IMG/VR virus record: IMGVR_UViG_3300032303_002590
Source of the DNA: a virus
Taxonomy: Duplodnaviria; Caudoviricetes
Strand: one strand, 5' to 3'
Length of the DNA: 64,000 bases
Positions 8,856 through 19,543 of this stretch are shown piece by piece (positions within the stretch are counted from its first letter, which is position 1; each line of letters starts with the position of its first letter). The notes under the pieces are model-generated. The model was not told the DNA's origin and made no database searches. It saw only the letters and a list, made by a program, of their open reading frames with translations. Position numbers and translations under genes: made by a program.

Positions 8856-10934
8856 ATGGCTGAAACTTTATTATCTCCAGGTGTTCTAACTAGAGAAAAT
8901 GACCAATCCCAAATTACACAAGGCCCTATTACTGCGGGAGCAGCTATTATAGGACCAACTGTTTCTGGTCCTGTTAGAATACCAACTTTAGTTACTTCTT
9001 ATAGTGACTATTTAAATAAATTCGGTGGTTCTTTCATCAGTGGAGGAGCTTCTTATGAGTACTTAACCTCAATCTCTGCTTATAATTACTTCCAACAAGG
9101 TGGAACTACTTTATTAGTAACTAGAGCAGTAAGTGGTACATTTGCTCCTGCAACTTCTAGTGTAACTAATAATGTATCTTTAATAACTGGATCTGTTGCT
9201 TCTGCTTCATTTTTAGTATTAAATTCTAGTACAGCTTCATGGAATCAAATACAAATTAATGCAACTACTGCTGTAGGTAGTGTTAATTATACAATTTATA
9301 ACTATCCTTATGCAGCTACTGGTTCATATATAGATGGTACTACTTATATTTACTTAGGTGTAGGTAATGGAACTCAAGATGGTACAAATGTTGTACCTTC
9401 AACAGGTAGTTGGGCAGGATATGTAGTAAATGCAGTTAATAATGGAACAAGTGGATTAGCTAGTTATTTTTCAGCTTCATTCTCAGGAGGAAGATTAACT
9501 TTCTACACTGATAATACAGGTACTTCACAAAATTCTTTCTCACTTACTAGTAGTTTTGGTGTAGGAACACCAGTAACACAATCATTTGTAGGAGGTACAG
9601 ATGGTACTCCAAATACAGTATTTGTATTAGAAACTTTATCACAAGGTGCTATTAATAATAGTACTAGTACAGAAGGAGCAAATAATACATTACCTTCAGG
9701 ATCTGAAGATAACTTAAGACTTGAAATTGTAAACCCTAACACAGGAAGTGGTACATTTGATTTATTAATCAGAAGAGGTAATGATAATATTAATACTAAA
9801 GTAGTATTAGAACAATGGACAGGATTATCACTAGATCCAAACGCTCCAAATTATATCGAAGCCGTAATTGGTAACCAAACAACTAGTACTACTAACGGAT
9901 ACACTCAAGTAACAGGAGATTATACTAATAAATCAAGATATGTAAGAGTAAAATCAGTTAATTATACTACTCCAAATTATTTTGATAATAACGGAGCTCC
10001 AATTTCTTCTTATACTTCATCTTTACCAACTGCTCAAAGTAGCTCATTTGGTGGTGCTGCAGGAACAAATTGTGGTGTTTATGGTTTATCAAATAGTAAC
10101 TATACTTTACCAATCACTTTATTAAATAATAAAGATGAATTTAAATTTAATATAATCACAACTCCAGGTATAACAGCTACTGCAGGAAATTCAGTTATTA
10201 CTTCATTAACTAACTTAGCAGTTAACAGAGGTGATTGTATTGCAATTGTTGATATGTCTAGTTTTGGAGATGGTATTGCTACCGTAGTAGCTAATGCTAC
10301 CGCAGTTGATAGCTCATACGCAGCAACTTACTATCCATGGGTTCAAATTAGCGCTCCTAATACAGGAAAATTAACATGGGTTCCACCATCAACTATTATA
10401 CCAAGTGTTTACGCTTATAACGATAGAGTAGGTGCTCCATGGTTCGCTCCTGCAGGATTTACAAGAGGTGGATTAAGTGTAATTCAAGCTGAAAGAAAAT
10501 TAGCTCCAACTGATAGAGATACTTTATATGCTGGTAAAGTTAATTCATTAGCTACATTCCCTGGTCAAGGTGTTGTTGCTTATGGACAAAAAACATTACA
10601 GAAAAAAGCATCTGCTTTTGATAGAATTAATGTAAGAAGATTATTAATTGAATTAAAATCATATATTGGTCAAATTGCTAATGGATTAGTTTTCGAACAA
10701 AACACAGCAGTTACAAGAAATAGATTCTTAAGACAAGTAAATCCATATCTAGAATCAGTTCAACAAAGACAAGGTTTATACTCTTACAAAGTAGTAATGG
10801 ATGAATCAAATAACACCGCAGATGTGATTGACAGAAATCAAATGTTAGGTCAAATTTACCTTCAACCAACTAAAACTGCTGAGTTTATTATATTAGACTT
10901 TAATGTTACACCAACAGGTGCTACTTTCGCATAA
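8856..10934 (+). CDS. Tail sheath protein
   Basis: LSPGVLTREND N-terminus; YYPWV, WFAPAG, RINVRRL and PTKTAEFI sheath motifs. Confidence 0.95.
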   Translation: MAETLLSPGVLTRENDQSQITQGPITAGAAIIGPTVSGPVRIPTLVTSYSDYLNKFGGSFISGGASYEYLTSISAYNYFQQGGTTLLVTRAVSGTFAPATSSVTNNVSLITGSVASASFLVLNSSTASWNQIQINATTAVGSVNYTIYNYPYAATGSYIDGTTYIYLGVGNGTQDGTNVVPSTGSWAGYVVNAVNNGTSGLASYFSASFSGGRLTFYTDNTGTSQNSFSLTSSFGVGTPVTQSFVGGTDGTPNTVFVLETLSQGAINNSTSTEGANNTLPSGSEDNLRLEIVNPNTGSGTFDLLIRRGNDNINTKVVLEQWTGLSLDPNAPNYIEAVIGNQTTSTTNGYTQVTGDYTNKSRYVRVKSVNYTTPNYFDNNGAPISSYTSSLPTAQSSSFGGAAGTNCGVYGLSNSNYTLPITLLNNKDEFKFNIITTPGITATAGNSVITSLTNLAVNRGDCIAIVDMSSFGDGIATVVANATAVDSSYAATYYPWVQISAPNTGKLTWVPPSTIIPSVYAYNDRVGAPWFAPAGFTRGGLSVIQAERKLAPTDRDTLYAGKVNSLATFPGQGVVAYGQKTLQKKASAFDRINVRRLLIELKSYIGQIANGLVFEQNTAVTRNRFLRQVNPYLESVQQRQGLYSYKVVMDESNNTADVIDRNQMLGQIYLQPTKTAEFIILDFNVTPTGATFA

Positions 10935-10949
10935 AGATAATTAGGAATT

Positions 10950-10975
10950 GAAGCCCTAGATAAAGGGCTTCTTTC
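10950..10975 (+). terminator. Hairpin/terminator after sheath, followed by late motif at 10980
   Basis: GAAGCCCT...AGGGCTTC followed by TTT. Confidence 0.5.
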
Positions 10976-11027
10976 CCTAATATTTATTGTAAACAGATAA
11001 TAATAAAAATAATACACAAAATATAAC

Positions 11028-11516
11028 ATGGCAGTATTAAACCCAAACGAAATAATGTTCACCGCATTTGAACCTAAAGTTTCAAATAGATTCATAATGT
11101 ACATTGAAGGAATCCCAGCTTATATGATTAAGAAAGCTTCGGCTCCAGGATTCGATGCAGGTGAAATCACACTAGATCACATTAACGTTTACCGTAAAAT
11201 CAAAGGTAAAGTTAAATGGAATGACATTTCAATGACATTATATGATCCAATCGCTCCTGCAGGATCTCAAGCAGTAATGGAATGGATGCGTTTATCTCAC
11301 GAATCTGTAACAGGTAGAGATGGATACTCAGATTTCTATAAAAAAGATATTACAATGAACATTCTAGGTCCAGTAGGTGACGTAGTTGGTGAATGGATTA
11401 TAAAAGGTGCATTCATCAAAACATCAACATTTGGAGATTATGATTGGGCACAAGGTGAATCAGCAGCTGAAATCTCTGTAACATTAGCGATGGATTATTG
11501 TATCTTGAACTTCTAA
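11028..11516 (+). CDS. Tail tube protein (T4 gp19-like)
   Basis: FEPK..NRF, W.DI.MTLYD, YKKDI, GPVGDVVGEW; follows the sheath. Confidence 0.9.
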   Translation: MAVLNPNEIMFTAFEPKVSNRFIMYIEGIPAYMIKKASAPGFDAGEITLDHINVYRKIKGKVKWNDISMTLYDPIAPAGSQAVMEWMRLSHESVTGRDGYSDFYKKDITMNILGPVGDVVGEWIIKGAFIKTSTFGDYDWAQGESAAEISVTLAMDYCILNF

Positions 11517-11540
11517 TATAAGTTTAAAACATATAAAAGT

Positions 11541-11566
11541 AACCCACCATTTTGGTGGGTTTCTTT
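11541..11566 (+). terminator. Intrinsic terminator
   Basis: AACCCACC-ATTTT-GGTGGGTT followed by TCTTT. Confidence 0.7.
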
Positions 11567-11622
11567 GTCTACCCAAATAATGTTTCGTATATTCAAGCAT
11601 AAATCATTAAAAAAGAAAAAAT

Positions 11623-11871
11623 ATGAATGTATTAATTACTAAAATTCTTAATTTAGATGGAACTTGGCAAGGTTATAAATTACAACCATCTCATGCTTAT
11701 GCAAAATCAACTTGGAATGAACCCGGTAAACAATTTAATTTATTAAGTGAGATAATTGAATTTTATAAATTACAAAATGTACGTGAGTTAGGTATAAAGT
11801 ACACTTACGATAATAAAGATAGAAAATATGGGATTGAATCATATGAAGCTATTCTTCCAACAAAAAACTAG
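11623..11871 (+). CDS. Hypothetical protein
   Basis: 82 aa ORF after an early-type promoter (TTG 11565, TA 11588). Confidence 0.55.
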   Translation: MNVLITKILNLDGTWQGYKLQPSHAYAKSTWNEPGKQFNLLSEIIEFYKLQNVRELGIKYTYDNKDRKYGIESYEAILPTKN

Positions 11872-11904
11872 GTTACCTGAAATATTTTTCGTATATTTAA
11901 GTAT
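11869..11904 (+). promoter_or_regulatory. Host-type (Bacteroidota sigma) promoter
   Basis: TAG-N20-TATATTTAAGTAT, preceded by TTCG. Confidence 0.6.
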
Positions 11905-11927
11905 AATAATAAAAACAAATAAAGGTT

Positions 11928-12749
11928 ATGAATTACACAATTAAAACAACAGCACTTCCTGTGAAAGTAGAACGTAGAGGTCGTCCAAAATCACCTTCAA
12001 TTACTCCTGATTTTAACCCAACTAAAGTAGAATTATTTAGAGGTACTGATTTAAAATTTAGTGATGAATTATTTAATCCTATTAAAACCAATAGTGAAAT
12101 AGATGTAATTCTATCAACTGAAGGAGGATTAATGCCAGGAACTAATATGGTATTAGTAGGTGGACCTGGTTCAGGTAAATCAACAATTGCACTTGATATG
12201 TTAGCTAATTTTACTCTTCAAGGTTACAAATGTTTATTTGTAAGTGGTGAAATGGATGAAATAGCTTACTTCAAATATTGTAAAAGATTACCTAAATTTA
12301 ACTGCGTTCAAACGCTATTCCTAAAAAATTATTCACATTGTGTTAAAGAAACATTAGAATACGTGTTTAATCAAGGTTATGACGTGGTTTGTATTGATTC
12401 ATTAGCTGAGGTAATTGATATGGTTAGAGATAATTATAAATTAACTGAAGGTGCAGCTGAACATTGGTTATTAAGATTACAAGATAAAAATAAAAAAGGT
12501 GAAAACGAAATGGGTTACTATACCACATTTGTTAACATTCAACAAGTAACTAAAGCTGGTGATTTTGCTGGATCAAACAGGATAAAACACATGACAGATG
12601 CAATGGCATTAATAGAGCGTGATAAAAGTGGTTTAACACGTACTTTACACTTCTCTAAAAATAGAGATTGTGATAAAGATTTTAAAATGCATTTTGCTAT
12701 TAACCAAGATACTGTACATTATACTTACGAAACCGAAAACGAAAACTAA
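11928..12749 (+). CDS. RecA-superfamily ATPase (RadA/Sms/KaiC-like)
   Basis: Walker A GGPGSGKST, LFVSGEM, Walker B VVCIDS, QVTKAGDFAG, FSKNR. Confidence 0.8.
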   Translation: MNYTIKTTALPVKVERRGRPKSPSITPDFNPTKVELFRGTDLKFSDELFNPIKTNSEIDVILSTEGGLMPGTNMVLVGGPGSGKSTIALDMLANFTLQGYKCLFVSGEMDEIAYFKYCKRLPKFNCVQTLFLKNYSHCVKETLEYVFNQGYDVVCIDSLAEVIDMVRDNYKLTEGAAEHWLLRLQDKNKKGENEMGYYTTFVNIQQVTKAGDFAGSNRIKHMTDAMALIERDKSGLTRTLHFSKNRDCDKDFKMHFAINQDTVHYTYETENEN

Positions 12750-12750
12750 T

Positions 12751-12885
12751 ATGAGCTGTTCAGGAGGAAAATCAACAATGAGAGGTAGTTACAATAAAGC
12801 TACTAATTTAAAAAAACCAACAGGTTACACAATTGATAAAAAAGGAAACATAAAACCCACATATAATGAGAACAACAAAAAGTAG
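12751..12885 (+). CDS. Small basic protein
   Basis: ATG at 12751 right after the upstream stop; MSCSGGKSTMRG... Confidence 0.4.
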   Translation: MSCSGGKSTMRGSYNKATNLKKPTGYTIDKKGNIKPTYNENNKK

Positions 12886-13654
12886 AATTATTCCGTTAAA
12901 TAACGATGTTAACAAATTAATGGCTTTTATTCCTTCCCTTGATAAAGGTTGGAGAGATAACCAAAGAATTAAATCTAAAGAGTATCAAATTGAAACATTA
13001 GATGCTATTGAAGGATTTCAAAAAGAGGGTTGGAAAATAAATGGTGCATATGAACAACGAGGTAAAGATAGAAGAATATCTTCTCATATGATCAAAATGC
13101 AACATCCTGATTTTAATATTAAAAATAATAAAAATCAAACTGAAGCTATTGCTACTTTAAACATTTCAAACTCATGTAATGGTTCTAAACCACTAGAAAT
13201 GGATTTAGGTGCATTTAGACAAATATGTTCTAATGGAATGATAGCTCATACCAAATATAGTTCAGAAAAAGCTAGTCATACTCAAAAAGGATTTTATAGC
13301 TTACCACAAATTATGACTAAACTAAACACTAAAATTTCAGATGTAATGAATGAATTTAACAAATTAAAAACAGTTAAATTATCACCATCTGAAGCAATGT
13401 CTCTTGCTGTAGCAGCAGTAGAATCACGTTTTGGTAAAGATAGTGGTATTGAAGCTTCACAACTATTAAATATAGTTAGATCTGAAGATGAAGGTAATGA
13501 TTTATGGTCGGTTTATAATCGTATTCAAGAAAACGTAACACAACCTAACCGAATTTATAATCCTGAAGGTAAATTAATTACAGGTATTGATAATCCTTTT
13601 GTAGATACTAAAGTAAATAAAGAATTATTTCAATTAGCATATGCTTATGCATAA
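12866..13654 (+). CDS. DUF932/DUF945-like protein
   Basis: NSCNGS, GAFRQICSNGMI, DLWSVYNRIQEN motifs. Confidence 0.75.
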   Translation: MRTTKSRIIPLNNDVNKLMAFIPSLDKGWRDNQRIKSKEYQIETLDAIEGFQKEGWKINGAYEQRGKDRRISSHMIKMQHPDFNIKNNKNQTEAIATLNISNSCNGSKPLEMDLGAFRQICSNGMIAHTKYSSEKASHTQKGFYSLPQIMTKLNTKISDVMNEFNKLKTVKLSPSEAMSLAVAAVESRFGKDSGIEASQLLNIVRSEDEGNDLWSVYNRIQENVTQPNRIYNPEGKLITGIDNPFVDTKVNKELFQLAYAYA

Positions 13655-13698
13655 TTTTTTTATCTTACTATATTTATATATAAACACAAATAAAATTT

Positions 13699-14445
13699 AT
13701 GGATAATCAAGTTACAAAACCAAAATTCCCTACAGAAATTGTAGAATTACCTTCAAAAGGTTTACTTTACCCTAAAGAAAATCCTCTTTCAAGCGGTCAA
13801 ATTGAAATGAAGTACATGACAGCTAGAGAAGAAGATATCTTAACTAATACTAATTATATTCAACAAGGTACTGTTTTAGATAAATTATTAGAATCACTAA
13901 TTGTTTCTAAAGTAGATTTAAAAGATATCTTAATTGGAGATAAAAACTCTATTTTAATTGCTTCTCGTATTTTAGGATACGGTCAAGATTATGAGTTTGA
14001 ACATAAAGGTCAAGTTTATAAAGTAGATTTAACTACTTTAAAAGATAAAGAACTTCCTGAAGATGTAGATTATACTAAAGGTAATGAATTTTACTTTACA
14101 TTACCTGCTTCCGGAGTTGAAGTTGGATTTAAATTACTAACTCATGGTGATGAAGCTGCAATTGACGCTGAATTAAAAGGATTAAAAAAATTATTTCCAA
14201 ATGGAGGTGCACCTGAACTGTCAACTAGATTAAAATATATGCTAATTTCAGTAGGTGGAAGTTCTGATAGAAAAACCGTAAGAGAATTCGTTGATAACGA
14301 ATTATTAGCAAGAGATTCAAGATCATTACGTCAAGAAATAAAAAGAATATCACCAGATATTGATTTAACTATTAAAGGCGATGAAGGGGAGGACATCGCA
14401 GTACCAATTAGTCTTAACTTTTTTTGGCCTGACTCCAACCTATAG
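13699..14445 (+). CDS. Baseplate hub / tail assembly chaperone (T4 gp26-like)
   Basis: ELPSKGLLY, MTAREEDIL, FFWP; upstream of the tape measure gene; late motif at 13670. Confidence 0.7.
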   Translation: MDNQVTKPKFPTEIVELPSKGLLYPKENPLSSGQIEMKYMTAREEDILTNTNYIQQGTVLDKLLESLIVSKVDLKDILIGDKNSILIASRILGYGQDYEFEHKGQVYKVDLTTLKDKELPEDVDYTKGNEFYFTLPASGVEVGFKLLTHGDEAAIDAELKGLKKLFPNGGAPELSTRLKYMLISVGGSSDRKTVREFVDNELLARDSRSLRQEIKRISPDIDLTIKGDEGEDIAVPISLNFFWPDSNL

Positions 14446-14698
14446 AATAAATTTATTCTCCCAAATGAATGAAATAGTATTTCATGGTAAGGGAGGATAT
14501 ACTTGGGATACAGTTTATGAAATGCCTATTTGGCTTAGAAACTTTACATTTAAAAAATTAAAAGAATGGTATGATAAAGAACAAGAGCAAGCAGAAGCAC
14601 AAAATAATCAGTTAACCAATAAAAATGCAGCTCAAATAGCTAGACCTAACATACCACAAGCAAGTACATATAATGCAACAGTGCCTACTAAACAGTAG
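14420..14698 (+). CDS. Second tail-assembly chaperone segment (probable frameshift extension; alternative ATG at 14465)
   Basis: GGYTWDTVYEMPIWLR motif; overlaps the upstream gene at the T7 run 14419-14425. Confidence 0.6.
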   Translation, partial: FFGLTPTYRINLFSQMNEIVFHGKGGYTWDTVYEMPIWLRNFTFKKLKEWYDKEQEQAEAQNNQLTNKNAAQIARPNIPQASTYNATVPTKQ

Positions 14699-14707
14699 GC
14701 ATTTTTT
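14682..14707 (+). terminator. Intrinsic terminator
   Basis: TGCCTACT-AAAC-AGTAGGCA followed by T6. Confidence 0.7.
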
Positions 14708-14742
14708 GTCCTTTACATATTTATATTATATACAAAATTACT

Positions 14743-17115
14743 ATGGCAGATAATATAGGTGATGTTAATAAACAAATAGATGATCTTAGAAAACAACTAG
14801 GCCAAAAATCCTTATCTCCTTTTGATCAAAAAGATTTGGAAATGGCTAAAACCTATTTAAGTGGTTTGAGAAACGAACTTAGAGAGATGAATAGTGATTT
14901 AAACTATATTGCTCAAAGTTTTAAAGACAGTGTTGCTGAATTATCTAAACAAAATACCCAATTAAACATAGCACGAAACTCTATAAAGGGTATATCTAAT
15001 ATTGCTCGTGATGTAGTTGATTATAGAAAAGGAGAAGTTGATTTATCTGAAAAACAACTAAAAAATCTTCAAAGGCAAGCTAAACTTAAATTTGATGATT
15101 TACAATATACTTTAAGAAGTGGTAAATTAACTCAAACTCAAGCTAATGAAGTAAGAGAAACCTTATCCCAACAAGAAGCATTTAATAAAAGTCTCACCAG
15201 AACTCTTGATATTCAAGCTGAAGTTAATAAAGAAATAGGATTAATGGGAGTTGGTTTAGAAGGAGCAGGTAAATTTTTAGAAAAATTAGGATTTACTGGT
15301 ATATCTAAACCTATAACTGATGCTATTCAAGCTACTAAGAGAGCAAGATTTGAATTAAAGTTAAATCAAGATGCTATTGCGGCTATAAAAGAAGAATATG
15401 ATACATTAGGGCCTTTAGATATAGAAAGAAAAAAAGAACTAAGAGAACAATTAGCTCATTTAAATGCTCAAAATAAAGAGTTAGATAAACAGACTAACAA
15501 ATATAAAAATATAGCAATAGCTTTAAAGGAACAGATTACCTTAACAAATATGACAGATTTTGCCATAGGAGGTATTATTAAGAGTTTTTTGGAAGTAGAT
15601 ACCATGATAGGAAATACTGCTAAGAGTTTAGGGATATCTTATAAGGAATCTCTAGGTTTAAATGCTAGTTTTACTGTTATGGCTGCCAATAGTAATAGTG
15701 TATTTGTTACTACTAAAGGTATTAATGAATCCTTTAATCAAATTAATGCTGCTTTAGGAACTAATGCTACTTTAAGTCAAGAAATACTTGTTTTCCAAAC
15801 AAAAATGGTAAAACAAGCAGGTTATAGTGTTGAAGCAGCTACAATGTTATCTAAATTATCTTTAGCTACAGGTAAACCTGCTAAAGAAATAACTACAGCA
15901 TTTTTGGGGCAAGCTAAAGCTTTAAATTTAGCTAATGGTACAGCTATTAACGAAAAACAATTACTTGAAGATATATCAAAAATATCAAAAGATACATTAG
16001 CTACATTTGCTGGTCAACCAGGTAAATTAGCTGAAGCTGCTTACGAAGCTAGAAAATTAGGATTAGATTTAGAAAAATTAAAAGGAACTCAAAGTGCCCT
16101 ATTAGATATAGAATCTTCTATTGCAAATGAATTTGAAGCTGAAGTATTAACTGGAAAACAGTTAAACTTAGAAAAAGCAAGATACTTTGCCTTAACAAAT
16201 GATTATGCAGGATTAGCAAGAGAACTTGGAAGACAAGATATAACAAGAGCTTCATTTGCTAAAATGAACGTTATACAACAAGAAGCTACAGCTAAGGCTT
16301 TAGGAATGTCAGCTGACACAATGGGTGGAATGCTTATGGATCAGGAAGCTATGACTAAACTTTCAAGTGTTGATGGTAAAACTGCTAAAGAAAAATTTGA
16401 TAATCTAGTAAAACAGGTTGGCATGGAAGAAGCTAAAAAACGTTTAGGAGATGAAACTTTAGCTAGTCAAATGGAATCAGCCTCAGTCCAAGACAGATTT
16501 ACAGCATCAGTAGAAAAATTAAAAGAAGTATTTGTAGCTATATCAACAGTATTAATGCCTATTTTTGATGGTTTTGCTAATTTAGTAACTTGGCTTGCTC
16601 AATCAAAAATTGCTATGGTAGCTATACTAGGGGTTGTTTCAGCACTTGTAGGATTTCAGGCGGCATTAGCCATTAGATCCATAATTACTGCTATTGCTTC
16701 TATATTTTCTGGGTCATTTATGGCTGGACCCTTTGGTTTACCTATAGCTATTGCAGGAGTTGCAGCTTTAACTGGAATGGTAGCAGGAGCCGCCTCAATG
16801 GCTGGAGATATCAACTCACCAGCAGATGGTAAAACTCAAATATCTACTAAAGAAGGAGGTTTATTTGAATTAAGTAAAAATGATGATGTAGTAGCTTTTC
16901 CTGGTGCTTCTAAAGCCTTAAATAATCCAACCCAAATAATTACTCCTTCAACTCCACAACCATCACCAACAATTAATAATGATGCTTTAGGAAAAGTAAT
17001 AGGGGAACATGTAGCTAATGCCTTTAGACAAACACCTATTCAAACCAATCTAGACGGAGTAGCTGTATCAAGAGGATTACAAGCCCCAATGGGTCAAGCC
17101 ACACGTAAAATATAA
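14743..17115 (+). CDS. Tape measure protein
   Basis: 790 aa, helical and Ala/Leu-rich with hydrophobic C-terminal segments; follows the chaperones. Confidence 0.8.
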   Translation: MADNIGDVNKQIDDLRKQLGQKSLSPFDQKDLEMAKTYLSGLRNELREMNSDLNYIAQSFKDSVAELSKQNTQLNIARNSIKGISNIARDVVDYRKGEVDLSEKQLKNLQRQAKLKFDDLQYTLRSGKLTQTQANEVRETLSQQEAFNKSLTRTLDIQAEVNKEIGLMGVGLEGAGKFLEKLGFTGISKPITDAIQATKRARFELKLNQDAIAAIKEEYDTLGPLDIERKKELREQLAHLNAQNKELDKQTNKYKNIAIALKEQITLTNMTDFAIGGIIKSFLEVDTMIGNTAKSLGISYKESLGLNASFTVMAANSNSVFVTTKGINESFNQINAALGTNATLSQEILVFQTKMVKQAGYSVEAATMLSKLSLATGKPAKEITTAFLGQAKALNLANGTAINEKQLLEDISKISKDTLATFAGQPGKLAEAAYEARKLGLDLEKLKGTQSALLDIESSIANEFEAEVLTGKQLNLEKARYFALTNDYAGLARELGRQDITRASFAKMNVIQQEATAKALGMSADTMGGMLMDQEAMTKLSSVDGKTAKEKFDNLVKQVGMEEAKKRLGDETLASQMESASVQDRFTASVEKLKEVFVAISTVLMPIFDGFANLVTWLAQSKIAMVAILGVVSALVGFQAALAIRSIITAIASIFSGSFMAGPFGLPIAIAGVAALTGMVAGAASMAGDINSPADGKTQISTKEGGLFELSKNDDVVAFPGASKALNNPTQIITPSTPQPSPTINNDALGKVIGEHVANAFRQTPIQTNLDGVAVSRGLQAPMGQATRKI

Positions 17116-17156
17116 TTTTACAATATTTATTATAAACAAATAAAACAACAATAACA

Positions 17157-17444
17157 ATGGGATTACTAACATTATTAAACTCAGGAGTAAGTAACTTAGG
17201 ATACGATGGAGCTCCAGTTCCTTCAACAGTGAACGCTAATCCTCCAGGATTTACACGTCATAATTTATTCTCTACTACAGGACAACCTAACCAAGCTTCT
17301 CACATTATAGTAGGTGGAGTAGCAGGTTTACAAGCACCACCAAGAACTTATGTTCCTTCTAGATTAGAAGAAACAGATCCATTAAACACAAGTATTTTTA
17401 ATAGTGCTGCTGGGAATCATTATACTGATCACTTACCAGGATAA
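17157..17444 (+). CDS. Hypothetical structural protein
   Basis: After late motif at 17123. Confidence 0.55.
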   Translation: MGLLTLLNSGVSNLGYDGAPVPSTVNANPPGFTRHNLFSTTGQPNQASHIIVGGVAGLQAPPRTYVPSRLEETDPLNTSIFNSAAGNHYTDHLPG

Positions 17445-17454
17445 AAACAAATAA

Positions 17455-19485
17455 ATGGGGTTAATTAATCTTAAAACCAATCTAAAGTCTCTACAATTTG
17501 GGAATGATACTCAAGGTGGGGGCTCTAGCGGACTACCTTATATCAAGACTGGCTTACCTGAGGATTCACCTGCAGGTGAGTATCTTGCTGGTATAGCAAG
17601 AACTAGCGCAGATTGGCCATTAAGAGGTGGAGCATATTCAACTATAGCTGCTACAACAGATACTATTAGAATATCGCGTTTTTTAACGGATTTTCCACGT
17701 GGTTCAATATTTACTGCTAAGCAAGTAGGATTACAAAAATCAAATCCTAATATTGAAACAGGAGGACTTACCTCAAGATTAAATACTCAAACATATAATT
17801 TAAATGCTAATTTATTAGCACAAATTTTACTAGAAGGAGATGGTACTCATATTCCAAGACCAGGAGCTAACACAAATGAGTTAGGACCTGAAGGGCAAAA
17901 AAATAAATACGAGTATATTGTATCACATAAAGGTACTGATCAAAATAGATTAGTTACTTTATATAGTTTAAAAGTAAAAACCCCTGATAATATATCATTA
18001 GGTCCTATAATTTCAAATGCAGATAAATTAGGAATAAATTCAGATAGTGATACTATATTATTTGATTATCCAGGAGGACCGGATTCATTATATGGAGAGG
18101 GTAATACAACTATTTTTAAAGCAACAGATTTTCAAGGAGTTCCTATAAATACTGCTAACGCGTCTAGTGGGCAAATTAGACCTTTACCTATTATTAATAT
18201 TACTAATTTTACTTCTAATAAATTTAATACTGAAATTAATAATGTATTATTTACAGGAAATAATATTAATAATACTATTAATGAAATTACCTTTACATCA
18301 ACTGATTATCAACAATCTTCAAAAGATTTTATAAGACCTGAAAAATTACCTGAAGGAATACCTGCTATAAATTATTTTGGTAATACTTTAGCTTACAGTA
18401 AATTATTAGAATCTAAAGCTTTCACTGATTCAACTTTTTTACAAGATTTTAGATCTCAATCATTAAACCCAGATGATCCTGTTCGTTCTCAAGCACGTAA
18501 TTATAATAACCCTTTAGTTAATATAACAACAAGAGTTGGTATAGGTAGTCCTGGAAGTAGAACACCAGAACAAAAGAAATATATAAATCAAGTTAATTAT
18601 AGTGGTCAAGATCAGGTAAATATGATACCTTTATATTCTGATGCGGCGGATCCTTTTTTACATAAACCTGAAGCTAGAGATTTAATTAAATTTGCTTTTG
18701 AAGTAATAAGTAATGATAGTACAGGTACTACTAAACGATATAATAAGGAAGGACAAATTGATGATATAACAGATGCTATTACTACTAAAGTACACTTTAG
18801 AGCATTTCTAACTAACTTCTCTGATAATCATGGCTCAGAATGGGCCAGTCAAAAATACATGGGTAGAGGTGAAAATTTTTATGCATATCAAGGTTTTACT
18901 AGAGATGTAAGTTTTCAATTTAAAGTAGCAGCCCAATCTAAACAAGAAATGTTACCTTTATGGCAAAAGTTAAACTACTTAGCTTCTTCATTATACCCTG
19001 ATTACCAAACAGGTACAAGCTTTATGAGAGGTAATTTACATAGATTAACTTTAGGAGAATATTTTTATAGAACACCTGGTATTTTAAAATCAATGAATAT
19101 TTCAGTTGATGATAATTATCCTTGGGAAATTAAATACTCAGAACCTGAAACCCAAAAAGTATTTGCAACCCAAGATTTTACTAATATTACAAATAGAGGA
19201 AAATATGATTTTATAAATTCTAATTCAGATGCTGATATGATGGAATTACCACAAGTAATTAATGTATCATGCACCTTTACTCCTATACTTAGTGAATTAC
19301 CTTCATTATCAAAATTAACTGAAAATGGTGGTGGTAAACATATATTAATAAGTGGTCACGGTTTTCAAGAAAATTTTATAGACCGTATTCCTAATTTACC
19401 AAATAAAGTTCCATCACCAAATAAAAACGGATTATTTAATTCTGTACTTTTTAATATTAATACTCCTCCTCCACCAATACAATAA
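17455..19485 (+). CDS. Baseplate / tail tube initiator protein
   Basis: FRAFLTNFSD..W...KYMGRGENFYAYQGFTR and LNYLASSLYPDY motifs. Confidence 0.65.
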   Translation: MGLINLKTNLKSLQFGNDTQGGGSSGLPYIKTGLPEDSPAGEYLAGIARTSADWPLRGGAYSTIAATTDTIRISRFLTDFPRGSIFTAKQVGLQKSNPNIETGGLTSRLNTQTYNLNANLLAQILLEGDGTHIPRPGANTNELGPEGQKNKYEYIVSHKGTDQNRLVTLYSLKVKTPDNISLGPIISNADKLGINSDSDTILFDYPGGPDSLYGEGNTTIFKATDFQGVPINTANASSGQIRPLPIINITNFTSNKFNTEINNVLFTGNNINNTINEITFTSTDYQQSSKDFIRPEKLPEGIPAINYFGNTLAYSKLLESKAFTDSTFLQDFRSQSLNPDDPVRSQARNYNNPLVNITTRVGIGSPGSRTPEQKKYINQVNYSGQDQVNMIPLYSDAADPFLHKPEARDLIKFAFEVISNDSTGTTKRYNKEGQIDDITDAITTKVHFRAFLTNFSDNHGSEWASQKYMGRGENFYAYQGFTRDVSFQFKVAAQSKQEMLPLWQKLNYLASSLYPDYQTGTSFMRGNLHRLTLGEYFYRTPGILKSMNISVDDNYPWEIKYSEPETQKVFATQDFTNITNRGKYDFINSNSDADMMELPQVINVSCTFTPILSELPSLSKLTENGGGKHILISGHGFQENFIDRIPNLPNKVPSPNKNGLFNSVLFNINTPPPPIQ

Positions 19486-19490
19486 AAACT

Positions 19491-19513
19491 AGGCTCCATC
19501 AGGAGCCTTTTTT
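19491..19513 (+). terminator. Intrinsic terminator
   Basis: AGGCTCC-ATCA-GGAGCCT followed by a T run. Confidence 0.7.
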
Positions 19514-19543
19514 ATCTTACATATTTATATTAAAATATAAACT

